Positions 35,835 through 47,516 are shown, counted from the whole stretch's first letter. The stretch is DNA of 63,626 bases, filler included, from Globobulimina sp. (GCA_003354225.1; 51 parts of 51 records of this genome joined end to end with filler, not necessarily neighbours in it); one strand, 5' to 3'. Program-made: numbers and translations. The notes: generated by a model not told the origin, from the letters alone.

Positions 35835-37192
35835 TAGTTGTAATTGTTTTTTTGTACAGTACAAAACTTCGGAGATAAAGAAATGACTACGGAAGAAATG
35901 AAAGAAATTGAAGAGAATTATCATAATATTGTTGATGTCAAAACCAACAAAATTAAGATATTGGTAATTGATAAAGGCTTTGGGAACTCAATTCAAAGAA
36001 TGAAACATTTAAAATCTAATTTTACAAACCAAAATGTAGAAAAAGTAGCTGTAACAGAACCATCTGATAAAACAAACTATGAACAATCATTAAACAAATT
36101 AATTATAAAAGTATTGCAATATGAACCAAATGTAATCATTGCCAGTTCNNNNNNNNNNNNNNNNNNNNNNNNNNNNNNNNNNNNNNNNNNNNTTAATTAA
36201 TTAANNNNNNNNNNNNNNNNNNNNNNNNNNNNNNNNNNNNNNNNNNNNTTTAGCAACTATTTAGTTACTATTTTAGAAACTATTTTAGAAACTTTTTAGA
36301 TTGCCCAGCCTCGTTTGTTCTGGGTTTGTTAATATAATATATTTGTTTTGTGGTTAATTTTCAAACAGTATATATTCCAGATCGAACAAAGTATATATAT
36401 ACTGCGTTAAATGTATATATACTGCGTTAAATGCACTTACTGAGGCTGTGAGTTTACAACAGCTCCTAAATATCGATCACCAGCAAACCCATGACGCCAC
36501 AGCTCTGCTCTTTAAGATATATATTCAGAAGTTTACCGATGAGTTTTAATAAAACTCATCGCTTAGTTCAACAACGTAAATATCCGCCACATTCGCCTGG
36601 CACCAACATTTTAACAAGCCTATAATCTGGCAAATGTCCGCTATAATATCGGGTAATTGCCACCGAATTTGCAGCGCCTCCTCCTGTTGGTCCGTGTCCA
36701 TATCCTCAAAGTCGACGGGTAACTATTACTGTCACTTTTTATTCGCATTGTTTTAATTTTGACCGGGTTATGCATGGATGACTTAGTCCGATTGCAAACT
36801 GCTTAAATAAATAATACAACTAGTTTTGTAAATTTGTATATATATAAAAGTCAAATATTATTTTGTCAATGCCAGATCGTATACACTATACATGTCATGA
36901 ACTAGTAGTTGTGTAGTCGCGTAATTGTACATAGGAAATATATCCATGCAACAATACAATTATTTTGATTTATTGTATATTAAAACATTGAACAAAATTA
37001 AATAAGAAATTCAAATTTAGTATACAAAAATAAATATTGTACCAGTTATACAATAATTGTACCAGTTGCCAAAGCATAATAATTATAATTGTAATTAGTA
37101 TACAAAACTTTATAATTAATCGAATTGAAAGTGTCATTTACTAATATCATAATTCTCATCGTCGCTCGAACCGTGTTCTTCATAACAACTGT

Positions 37193-37381
37193 TTACAACC
37201 GCCACCGCCGGGCGTAACATACAGAACAACCGCCCGGTGCAAATGCGGAATCGTATGTCCATTCTAAAACTTGTAAGGCACATATTTCACATTTCCATTG
37301 CACTCCACACGGAATACATAAAACAGACATTGTATCTGTGTCAGCATAACATTCGCCGAAAATATCTTCTGGTTTTGACAC
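37193..37381 (-). CDS. Small RING-like Cys-rich domain, degenerate
   Basis: GEC...LCIPCG...CEICA...CSVC. Confidence 0.4.
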   Translation of the reverse strand: MSKPEDIFGECYADTDTMSVLCIPCGVQWKCEICALQVLEWTYDSAFAPGGCSVCYARRWRL

Positions 37382-37864
37382 GAACCATCGCCATTGTNNN
37401 NNNNNNNNNNNNNNNNNNNNNNNNNNNNNNNNNNNNNNNNNTTAATTAATTAANNNNNNNNNNNNNNNNNNNNNNNNNNNNNNNNNNNNNNNNNNNNTTA
37501 TATAAAAACCAGTGGTTAAACAGTAAATATACGGTTTGTCTATTTGTTTTTTCAGAGAAAAACAGTGGAAGAGGATATTGTTTTTTTGATAGGCAAAACA
37601 TGGGGTACCCAAAAATGTTTTGATACGCTATCTGGTTCTGATTGATATAATTGTTTTGCGTATTTGCTAGCTTCTTCATATAAGCAAAAAAATGGGTCCG
37701 ACACAGACTATCAATGCTTTGTGAAGTCACCGCAAAAAGGCGAAATAGTCAATACAGTTATACCTACGATTTGAATTAAATATGCCCAAATTAAATAACA
37801 CTGATTGGTACAATTTTTACAATTAACAAAGGAAAACTGTACACATTGTAAGTTTTTTCTCACA

Positions 37865-38646
37865 TCACAATGCAACATATGGTGGTTCACATACTGCCAG
37901 ATCGATTTCATTGTCATCATACTCATCATTTTCTTTTTCTGTTTCTTGATCGTCATTTAGAAACGAATGTTTTTTTCCAATTCTTGCTGCTAAAAAGGAA
38001 AAACCGACAATCGTAAATATTCCGGTGACAAACGGCATTCCTCTCATCCAATAATTAAAACTTGAATGAAGAAAAATCGGTATTACAATAGATATGGGAT
38101 ACGATAACATAAATTTTAAGATGTAAAGACATTTGTTTCGGTGGAAAAATAAAATATTTGTATTCATCCACATGCAGATAACATCAGCCATAATACACGC
38201 AGTGACACAATGAAAAGGTACCGAGAAAATGCCGCGCGCCAATCCTGCACTTAAAATATCAAAATTTTTGTTTGGTAGACAGTACGGTCGGGTTGCTTCC
38301 CATTGGCAGGCAGCTAAATATCCAATATTTTCCATGATGGCAATACCGACCGCTCCGCACAACGCAATGAACATAATGAACAATGATTGCATGGAATAAC
38401 TGGAATAATTGGAATATTCCGAATGTTGAATGTTTTTTTGTTTTTTTGAAAACGACCAAATAAATGGTATTGGAAAAGTCAATGCGATCAATAAATATTT
38501 AGAAGACTCCTCAATTATTGGTGCTATGATGGAGCCAACAAAAGATATTCTGAAATTAAATGGTTTTGTGTCAGTATCGATATCGTCGTTTGATTTTATA
38601 ATTGCATACAAGTGCGGAAATTGCAAAATTTTGCCTATAAATATTT
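37865..38646 (-). CDS. PrsW-family glutamic intramembrane protease; 5' partial
   Basis: APIIEESSKY, GAVG.A.MEN..Y, RG..SVP.H and P.FLHS.FN are the four PrsW motifs. Confidence 0.88.
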
Positions 38647-39027
38647 NNNNNNNNNNNNNNNNNNNNNNNNNNNNNNNNNNNNNNNNNNNNTTAATTAATT
38701 AANNNNNNNNNNNNNNNNNNNNNNNNNNNNNNNNNNNNNNNNNNNNTGTGTTGTGTGTTTAAGAAAATAATATTATTTGCTAACTAGAACAAATTAATTC
38801 ATTTATTTCTAATTATTAATAATTCATTTATTTGACTAGGTTTGTTGGGGTCGCCTCGGGCTTTGAACCTGAATCTACTAAAACTGTTCACTAAAAACTC
38901 TCTAATCAAATCTAAAATATCTTGTCTTTTCAATCTCCACAGTCTGTTGCAATCAAAGGATACCTAGGTCCTATAAGTTATATAACAGCAACAACCACTA
39001 ACAAAATTAAAGCAACAAAGATTTCCC

Positions 39028-39834
39028 ATGGACCTAATTGCTGACAATGCAACAATTGGAGGAACTATGATTCATCTTGTATTTGAAACAATACTTTGGC
39101 ACTATATATTTAAATTTGTTGTATACTCCGTAAAAAAGCAATTTTCAAAAACAATACCATATCAAAGAGCAATTACGATCATTACAGAGGCCGAGTTTTT
39201 ATTGTATTGGTGTGCCGGGGTTCAGCATTCGTGTACGGTCATATTCGTATTATACGGCTTTTATTCTAATTCACTTTTTTTCATTCGTGAAGGTGTGTTA
39301 ATGGAAGCAGCGTTTGATATTACTGATGGATTAAAGCATATATTAAATAAATTTGTTTATAAAGTTGACGATTTACCAAATTTTCTCTTTCTAGCTTTAA
39401 TATTTCATCATGCCTCAATATTAACTCTGTTAATCCCCGGAAATATGTATTCCCATCAGATTGGAGTTCAACATATGATCATTTCATTATCGATTTGGAC
39501 GCCAATGCTTGTTGTTCTGATAATTTATTGTCATACATTGGATGTTTATGATTTAAAACAACGCGGACTATTTACTGTGTTATATTTCACGCAATTCTTA
39601 ATTTTTGTTTATTTTCGATTTTATCATACACCGTATTATTTTGTCCGAGTGGTCAATGATCATTACGATGAATGGGATAAATATTCACAAATTATGATTC
39701 CTTCCGGTTTCATATTAAACACTGTATTCAATGCATTCTGGCTCAAAGTAATGGGAGGACGACTTTATGATTTTCTTTTTAGTGACAAATACATCAAAGA
39801 TGAACCAAAAAAGCACATAAAAAAAGAAAAGTAA
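39028..39834 (+). CDS. TLC (TRAM/LAG1/CLN8)-like membrane protein with C-terminal KKEK ER-retrieval signal
   Basis: About 6-7 TMs, IFHH, FVYFRF, N.FW. Confidence 0.65.
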   Translation: MDLIADNATIGGTMIHLVFETILWHYIFKFVVYSVKKQFSKTIPYQRAITIITEAEFLLYWCAGVQHSCTVIFVLYGFYSNSLFFIREGVLMEAAFDITDGLKHILNKFVYKVDDLPNFLFLALIFHHASILTLLIPGNMYSHQIGVQHMIISLSIWTPMLVVLIIYCHTLDVYDLKQRGLFTVLYFTQFLIFVYFRFYHTPYYFVRVVNDHYDEWDKYSQIMIPSGFILNTVFNAFWLKVMGGRLYDFLFSDKYIKDEPKKHIKKEK

Positions 39835-40189
39835 TCAGTTATAGATCGAATTCAGATTGCAAACTATATTAGCTTGCTATACAAAACTTTTTTGTNNNNN
39901 NNNNNNNNNNNNNNNNNNNNNNNNNNNNNNNNNNNNNNNTTAATTAATTAANNNNNNNNNNNNNNNNNNNNNNNNNNNNNNNNNNNNNNNNNNNNTTACA
40001 GCCTTGAACTATGGGATCACAGCATTGCAGTCGCTTGTGCTTTATGGGCAACAGCAGGTACACACCATCCGATAACGCTACAAGCAATAATTAACGCCCT
40101 ACACTTTTTATTTACCATCGCATTCGCCACTGTGAATCGCTTCTTCAATGCATTTGTTGGTGCAATAACAAACCGTTACCCTAAGGCAC

Positions 40190-41144
40190 TTGATGTTGAC
40201 GGCATGCCCACCTTTCGCTTACACAAGTCAGCAGCAGCATCAAGTTGCTGACACTACAGTAATATGCGGAATTATTGATACCCAAAATGATCATAACCTG
40301 GAAAGAAAAGCAATATGCGCTTACGGATTCTTTCGACAATCATTACAATTAAACAAACCGTTTTGTTGTCAGTGCCAATGGATACCTCAAGTAATTGTAT
40401 TTATATGTTGTGATTACATCGATTTATTTCCAGATTTCATCACAATTCTAACCAATGTGATGTTCGATGAGTTTGCATTTAAAAGTAAATGTGAATTAAT
40501 TATCAAACATTTGGGAAAAAATTGGATATTATCCTCCGAAAATATGTTCATTCGAGAACTAAATATTGGCTTTGATATTGCATTAAATTTAGGCTCAAAA
40601 ATATACAAAAATGTTGCAGGAAACACAGCATTTAATATGTCAATATATCCGCCATTGAATGAAAGAAATAAGATTTTCAAATTAGTGCTTGATAATTTAA
40701 AATATTATCAAAACGAAGAGAGGTTACATTTTATGAGTAAATTGCAAGAAAAATGTATTAATGATCGGGTGTTGTTTGGTACTTATTATTCAAATAACAA
40801 ACTAATCACTGATTTAGGTACCGGTTCATATCAAAATAATTTATAAAAAATATACAGTGCTTTTTGTGTTGTTTTGTGATGTGATTTAGTTCGAAAGGTT
40901 TTATCGTTGCATGACGATGATAAGTCGTCGTTTATTGCGTATAAAATGTCATATTTTATGGATATTTGCAATGATTTTTATGATTTGGATGATAAAGATT
41001 TGTTTATCGTGTTCCAATCGTCAATGCTTAATTACGTAACAGCCATACAATTAAGCAATGCGTGGAGAGGATTCATCAAACAAAATAACATCGATTCGAC
41101 CTATTTATTGACACTACATAAAGATGACACAATTTTGCGGCGGC
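40190..41144 (+). CDS. Hypothetical protein, probably spliced near 40820-40890
   Basis: AYGFFRQ...WIPQVIVFIC..Y motif; two co-oriented ORFs separated by a T-rich, intron-like gap. Confidence 0.45.
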
Positions 41145-41244
41145 NNNNNNNNNNNNNNNNNNNNNNNNNNNNNNNNNNNNNNNNNNNNTTAATTAATTAA
41201 NNNNNNNNNNNNNNNNNNNNNNNNNNNNNNNNNNNNNNNNNNNN

Positions 41245-41405
41245 GATTCTTCTTTATTATATGATGGCAGTGGTGGTATTGATGAAGTAATTGTTGGTTT
41301 CGATTTACATGGTCTACTTTGGAAACATAATTCACAGTGCATGGCATCAGACATGTTATGAAATGTACACTTTGGACACGCCCAAACGTCTGCGGATGAA
41401 GCCAT
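41245..41405 (-). CDS. RanBP2/NZF zinc-finger protein, N-terminus
   Basis: WACPKCTFHN....HCELC...RP. Confidence 0.85.
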
Positions 41406-41473
41406 GATTCTTTAAATAGTGAGCAAGTTTTTGTACGAAAACTTAAGGTAAAATAGTTAAATATTTCCTTATC

Positions 41474-42393
41474 ATGTCGTGGAAACCTCGTCAGCAAAAT
41501 AACAAACAATGGAGAAAATCACAGAACCATAATTATAATGATGCTGGCGATGAATATTGCAATTACAGACAAAATAAACCATATTACAGCAATAACAACA
41601 ATTATAGCAACAGAGATCCACAATCATATAACTCATATAACTCATATTCAAATTATGGATATAACTCAAATTATAACAGCAATAACAATTACAATAGATA
41701 CAATAACAAACAATATGAACAGTATCAAAATCAAGTTAACAATCAAGTGAACAAACCACGTTGGATCAATAAAAACAGCAAAGACGTTAAATATGTTAAA
41801 AATACTGGAAACTTCCAAATTGAAGACATTGCATTTCACGAATTAACAAACACATTACAATCAATTTGGGATAAATATTATCATAAAAACGAAGAATATA
41901 TTGAGAAAATAATATTTTTATGTGGCCCACCAGGCTGTGGAAAGACGAGTGTTTGTAATTATGTTGAAAAATATTATAATTTAAATAAATTAAATAATAA
42001 TCAATATATGATTGATGTATCCAACATATTAAGTGCTGTGATGAAAGCAAATAACAGAAAATTAATTATGTCAAAAGCATACGAATTATTATTTAAACAA
42101 ATATTCGATACAAAAAATAAAATATTAATTATTGATGGATTTTTAAGGAAAGAACAACATGTTTATGTCATAGATTTTCTTCAATTATATATGAAAAACA
42201 CAAGTTTTATATTTTTGGTTTTAAATGTGGATGAAAATACATCTGTTATAAGACAACTTGAAAGGGGTAAAAAATTGGTGAAACTATCAAATAGCAACCA
42301 AACTAATAATGACAATGAGGAAAAAGAAGGAAATAAAAATAAAAAGATAAGATTAAAAGATTCAGACTTATGTGAATATGCAGCAACGAAAAG
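41474..42393 (+). CDS. Adenylate/NMP kinase-like protein with N/Y/Q-rich N-terminal extension; 3' partial
   Basis: FLCGPPGCGKT P-loop, IIDGFLR, L.VDE..SV.RQL.RG. Confidence 0.8.
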
Positions 42394-42493
42394 NNNNNNN
42401 NNNNNNNNNNNNNNNNNNNNNNNNNNNNNNNNNNNNNTTAATTAATTAANNNNNNNNNNNNNNNNNNNNNNNNNNNNNNNNNNNNNNNNNNNN

Positions 42494-42840
42494 GGAGCGA
42501 CCTCGACATTCAGACCAAGAACTGTATCATCACCATTTACAATTTGAAATGAACCTTCAACATACACTTTACTGTCGGTAAATTCATCACTGACAGCCGG
42601 TATTCTGAAGGTGATCGATTGATCGGTGCCCTGAAGTTGGGTCAGGGGTTGAAATGACTGCCATTGTTCCGATGTTATACTAAGTTGAACAGGGTCAAGA
42701 TCAAATAACTGGAATACACTTATTATATGACATTCAGTAACCACAAAACATCGATAAACAATTACCTCTAAACTTTGAACACCGGCGATGGGCTGAGTGG
42801 GCATAGTATTTTTCACAATTCTTTTCCTTTTGGGCGCCAT
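42494..42840 (-). CDS. Polinton/Maverick-type major capsid protein, N-terminus; probable intron at 42709-42765
   Basis: Spliced SLELFDLDPVQLSI..EQW..FQPL......SITFRIP..SDEF.D...YVEG.FQIV.GD..L parallels the Polinton MCP N-terminal pattern (ELDLF..P.TQ.SI...W....P......IEF.I.....Y.D....L....I...DG..L). Confidence 0.8.
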
Positions 42841-43349
42841 TATTTAAACAGAGTTTTTAACTGTTTCAAAATTTCGGTCTTGGTCAATTTTTTAGAATCT
42901 TTTTTACCAACTTTACGACCGCCTTTTGTAGGCTTTTTTTGTACTTTTTTGCCTTTGCCGACTTTACTTTTACGCTTACCAGCTGTTGCCCGTTTAAGAC
43001 CTGCTTTAGGTTTTCTTTTTTTCTGAATTCTACCTCCACCCCTTTTTGGTTTACGTGCCTTCTTTAGTACTCTTTTCTTAGTTTTCGCCTTTCCCCCTTT
43101 TTTTCCCTTTGAACGCTTTCTTTTTGGAGATGGTGAATCGTTGTAGAAATAAGTTTCTGGCCACTCGATAGTATCAAGACCACGAATGTTAGAGGGACCA
43201 CTTCCTCCAATTACACCAATGGGACCTTGTTGTCCACTTAGAGGAGTTTCGTATGTTACAGGTTTATATTTGGCTAGTAATTTAGACAATGAATTAATAA
43301 ATTTATTCTGTAGATTACTTGGTGCACCTTGACAATATGACATTATCAC
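42840..43349 (-). CDS. Lys/Arg-rich putative viral core (genome-condensing) protein
   Basis: Very basic C-terminal half; IGGSG site; lies between penton and MCP; its stop overlaps the MCP start (TAATG). Confidence 0.65.
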   Translation of the reverse strand: MIMSYCQGAPSNLQNKFINSLSKLLAKYKPVTYETPLSGQQGPIGVIGGSGPSNIRGLDTIEWPETYFYNDSPSPKRKRSKGKKGGKAKTKKRVLKKARKPKRGGGRIQKKRKPKAGLKRATAGKRKSKVGKGKKVQKKPTKGGRKVGKKDSKKLTKTEILKQLKTLFK

Positions 43350-43421
43350 ACAACAATGATTATCAAAACAGCGTGTTTATGACTAATCATGAATGATGAA
43401 ATAGACAATGTAAACAACACG

Positions 43422-43640
43422 TCATACTGGGAATACAAAACTGATATGCTTAAATTTCAACATGACATAGGCGCTTTCGTCATTGTCCATAAAATCTACA
43501 ACTTCTTTGAATTGAGAATCGAAAAACTTAAAACTCAAAGTATTGACGTAATTACTTACAACGGGCATATATACAAGCTCATTAAATTCGACAGTAATGC
43601 GCTTATTTAAGCTTAAATCCAACATTGGTACTGGTATCGT
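43422..43640 (-). CDS. Polinton-type minor capsid (penton) protein, C-terminus
   Basis: TIPV...ITVEF..LVYMPV....VNTLSF.F.D.....V.F......VMLKFK matches the penton C-terminal strand pattern. Confidence 0.72.
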   Translation of the reverse strand, partial: TIPVPMLDLSLNKRITVEFNELVYMPVVSNYVNTLSFKFFDSQFKEVVDFMDNDESAYVMLKFKHISFVFPV

Positions 43641-43742
43641 ACNNNNNNNNNNNNNNNNNNNNNNNNNNNNNNNNNNNNNNNNNNNNTTAATTAATTAANN
43701 NNNNNNNNNNNNNNNNNNNNNNNNNNNNNNNNNNNNNNNNNN

Positions 43743-44891
43743 TATTTTGGGACAATGTTTTCGTTGACATTGATGCCGCTATCTCTCACTCGTTGGGCCA
43801 ACTCATTTATATCTAGGAATATATTGTAATCGCAGGCACATTTTAATGGGTCGCACACTTTGCATTGACATTGGAATCGTTTCTCCGGATTAACACATTG
43901 TTTATTACAACATATACAAGGAATGTTGGGATTGTTATTGCCGTTACAATGGGACGGTTTGTTGCAGCAATCGTGATAATTATAGGCTTGTATCAGCATT
44001 GCGGATAAGGAGAGCGTCCATTGTTTGTCAGAATAGCTCATGAAATTGACAGATTGCGCGATATTGAAAGACTCATTTAAGCCGCAATGCAAACCGCCAG
44101 GCGGTGCGATGACAATATCTCCGGGTTTCTGCACTATAAAATATACAGTGATACCTAGACAGGCAAAAATGTACGGATCCATCACACAGTTTTTGTGTTG
44201 TAATGGAGTTAAACAATCGGGATAATAATATTTAAATTGTTTATGGAAATATCTCATCACTTTATTGTAATCTGAGGGGGAGATACAAAACCATGTCTTA
44301 TGCCCGCCGTATAACAAATGGTTCACAGCATGGAAATTCATATCCTCTGTGTATGTGTTTATAAATATAATGTATGTAACGGATTTGATAACTGTGACGT
44401 GAAAATATTCACAAACAGAAACAAACTGTTTCTGCCGAGAATAATCGTCAAGAGGAATATAAAAGACATACCATTATGCCACGGGAAAAAAGCATGCGTG
44501 TCACCCACATAAATATACGGTGTCTGTATGCCAACGGTGCATTCTTCTTCGTGTAAACAAGCAAACGGTCCATAATTCTTCAAATCCTCCGGTTTAAAGG
44601 GACTGTTCCCATCATAACAGGTAATATTATCATTGCATTCGATATGCCCATACTTAGCACTATTTTCCTCATATAAATATTTCATAAAAGTCAAATATTT
44701 CGCTTCAATGTTTTGTTCAATATACGGCGACTTGCCATCGACAGGCAACGCATCGATATATTGTTTAATATTGGCAGTGCTGTATGCTTTTCGCGTGCGT
44801 GTCATGCAACAAAATCCGCGCTAAAACTCTAACTCTTTACAATTAAAATATCGTTTTTGATTCTCAGTGCCGATGGTAAAGCCAGCATTGT
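43743..44891 (-). CDS. JmjC histone demethylase (KDM4/JMJD2-like), partial; intron at 44347-44471
   Basis: Spliced GIQTPYIYVG...FFPWHNEDMNF (HxE), K.W..I.P, QHK, VQKPGD.VI..PGG.H.G.N..FN.A.SVNF. Confidence 0.9.
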
Positions 44892-45318
44892 NNNNNNNNN
44901 NNNNNNNNNNNNNNNNNNNNNNNNNNNNNNNNNNNTTAATTAATTAANNNNNNNNNNNNNNNNNNNNNNNNNNNNNNNNNNNNNNNNNNNNTGCACCAAG
45001 GGAGGTCGGAGAAAGTTTTTTGTATATATCATGTGGCCGTTGCCTGCCTGCCTCACGAAGGGATTGGAAATGAGAATTATGGCTATTTGCATTTGCATTT
45101 GATTTGACTGAAATATGTTTGAATATGATTGGTGATTGGAGTGGCACTCTTGATCTTGATATGGGTGATTTATATAATATATTGGAAGGCGAAGAAGAAT
45201 ATGAAGAAGAAAGTGATAATGTATAAATTGTTTATTAAGATCGATGTTTTAAAGGAATATCCCATGACCTTGCTAGCAGATTATTATTATCCGAAAAACT
45301 GTCTTGACTTCGATCATA

Positions 45319-46140
45319 ATGCCTCAATCAGCAAAGCACAAAAAAAGGAAAAATAATAACAAAAGCAAATTTAAGCGGAATAGACATTCTAAAAAAAGAG
45401 AGAATAATGAGAATAAAACAAATGATGAGATATCAAAAGAGACCATGAAAGATGCTCGATTTAACAAAATATTTACGGATCCAAGATTTCAATCCATTCC
45501 ACCAAAACAAACCGATCCAAACAAAGTAAAAGTCGATTCACGTTTTTCTTCCATGTTTACTGATCCCGCATTTCGTACTTCATGTTAAGTGTTTTTCTTT
45601 TTTATCAATGTATAACTCGCTCAACAACACATCATCAAATCAAATAAAATAAACAGACCGCATTGACCGTTATGGCCGCGAGATCACAAACAACGAAGCT
45701 TATAATTTACAGAAATTTTACCAATTGGAAGGGTACGAAGCCGAACAAGAAGAAGAAGAACCACGTCCACCGCAACCACCACAGCCAAAACATAAAAAAC
45801 TAAGCAAAGCATTGCAAAAAGAAGCCGATAAATTCAAAGCTGCCCAAAAGAGCGAAATCAAAGAGGACGAATTTGACACATTTTGGGAGCAATGGGACGA
45901 TACCACCAACACCGCGGACTCGCCTCTGACCACCAAAGAAGAGAAACTATTGAACCGCAAAGCCGGCCACATGTTTGCTTATGAGGCAGATTCGACCTCT
46001 TCCTCATCCCAATCTGACTATGATTACAACAAATTGACTGCGCAGCAAGTTGGCGATGACGCGCGGGCCGTATTAGACGCGCCAACGCAAGAAAGCGACT
46101 GTCCCCCTACCAACCGGCTAGCGGTGGTCAACTGTGATTG
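45319..46140 (+). CDS. ESF1: Pre-rRNA processing protein ESF1, N-terminal part; intron at 45584-45656
   Basis: DARF..IFTDPRF, KV.VDSRF.SMF.D..F, IDRYGR, L.KFY.L, T.RLAVVNCD(W). Confidence 0.92.
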
Positions 46141-46934
46141 NNNNNNNNNNNNNNNNNNNNNNNNNNNNNNNNNNNNNNNNNNNNTTAATTAATTAANNNN
46201 NNNNNNNNNNNNNNNNNNNNNNNNNNNNNNNNNNNNNNNNTGACCGGGAAAGTCGATATCTCCAATGCCATTTTTTAGTCCTTCGATGCAGTTTCCATGT
46301 CATTCAATGCAATTAGACGAGTATTCTGAAATGAAATATCCAACGACATCCAATACAAATATATGTATTAATTTCCAAAGGGATGCCGGCATACCAGCCA
46401 TAGATTATGTTCGTACACAAAGTGCAGCTGCACATCACCAGGCAGTTATGATCCAACGTGATCTGGTGAGAGAAGCTGGATATGCGAATTTAAAGGGACG
46501 GGCTGATTGATGACGAAGAGAATAAATATTGATACATATTAACATTCAATCATACATTATGGCGCTCCGAATTATTTGAGCCATCATCATCACAATATAT
46601 TGTTATTTGGATATAATTAATGTATTATATGTAGCTCTATTCGTAATATATCTACCGTAGAGACAGCAGTTTCAGGAATTAATCCAAAATGGATATACGT
46701 AGATGATGGGAGTATGAGAGTCCATGTTCTATTGAGTATTGACAGAAGTATTTTAATTTCTTTTTTGTTTTCTGCGCTAAATTCTTAATTTTCGAGTTGT
46801 GGTTCTATGACTGTTGTATGTGTTTAATTGTTTTCTTTGTTTAGTTGTATTTATATTAAAGTTTAATTCATCGTTTATTCATTATAAGTTTGTGATTCTA
46901 TGAACTACGAAGACAAGAATATGAAATTAACAGA

Positions 46935-47389
46935 CTAAACAATATCTACACACATTTCTACATTTGGTGTCCATTTATCCCACTTAAACTTTGTCCATTC
47001 ATCATGATTTCCAAGATATGTTATCAGAAAATCAACACATGGTCGTAGGTTCCAATGATTTGCTGACTGATTCTTAAAAATATTGATATGAGAGCCTACA
47101 AATATAGCACCAAGTAATGCTTCAAAACAATTCCCCAATTTTTTAGGCGCCTCATACTTTAACGGCCATTTTGGTTTCTTACTGTTGTCCTCTATAAAAC
47201 CCAATGGTGATTTTTGTGTTTCCATTTGCAATGCAATATTGCCCTTTTCATCATAACTTTTATTTTTTATCTGTTTATCCATTTTAATTTTAGTTTTATA
47301 GTTTTGAATTTCGGTTTTTATATCATCATCAAACCAAAAAATATATTCATCCAAATGTCCATCAACAAATCGGTACCCCAATGAATTAT
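46935..47389 (-). CDS. RNase III domain C-terminal part (Dicer-like)
   Basis: APKKLGNCFEALLGAIFVGS, compared with the Dicer RNase IIIb consensus PK.LGD.FE.L.GAI..DS. Confidence 0.7.
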
Positions 47390-47516
47390 NNNNNNNNNNN
47401 NNNNNNNNNNNNNNNNNNNNNNNNNNNNNNNNNTTAATTAATTAANNNNNNNNNNNNNNNNNNNNNNNNNNNNNNNNNNNNNNNNNNNNGAACCCAAAAC
47501 TCTCAGAAATAGAGCA

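Noticed and set aside
36249-36435. Short repeats (TAGAAACTATTT)n and the TATATATACTGCGTTAAATG duplication as telomere or origin
   Set aside because: Few, imperfect copies consistent with ordinary slippage; no telomeric G-rich unit.
43389-43610. Plus-strand 73-aa ORF in the viral contig
   Set aside because: Antisense to the penton-like ORF, which fits the co-oriented capsid module.
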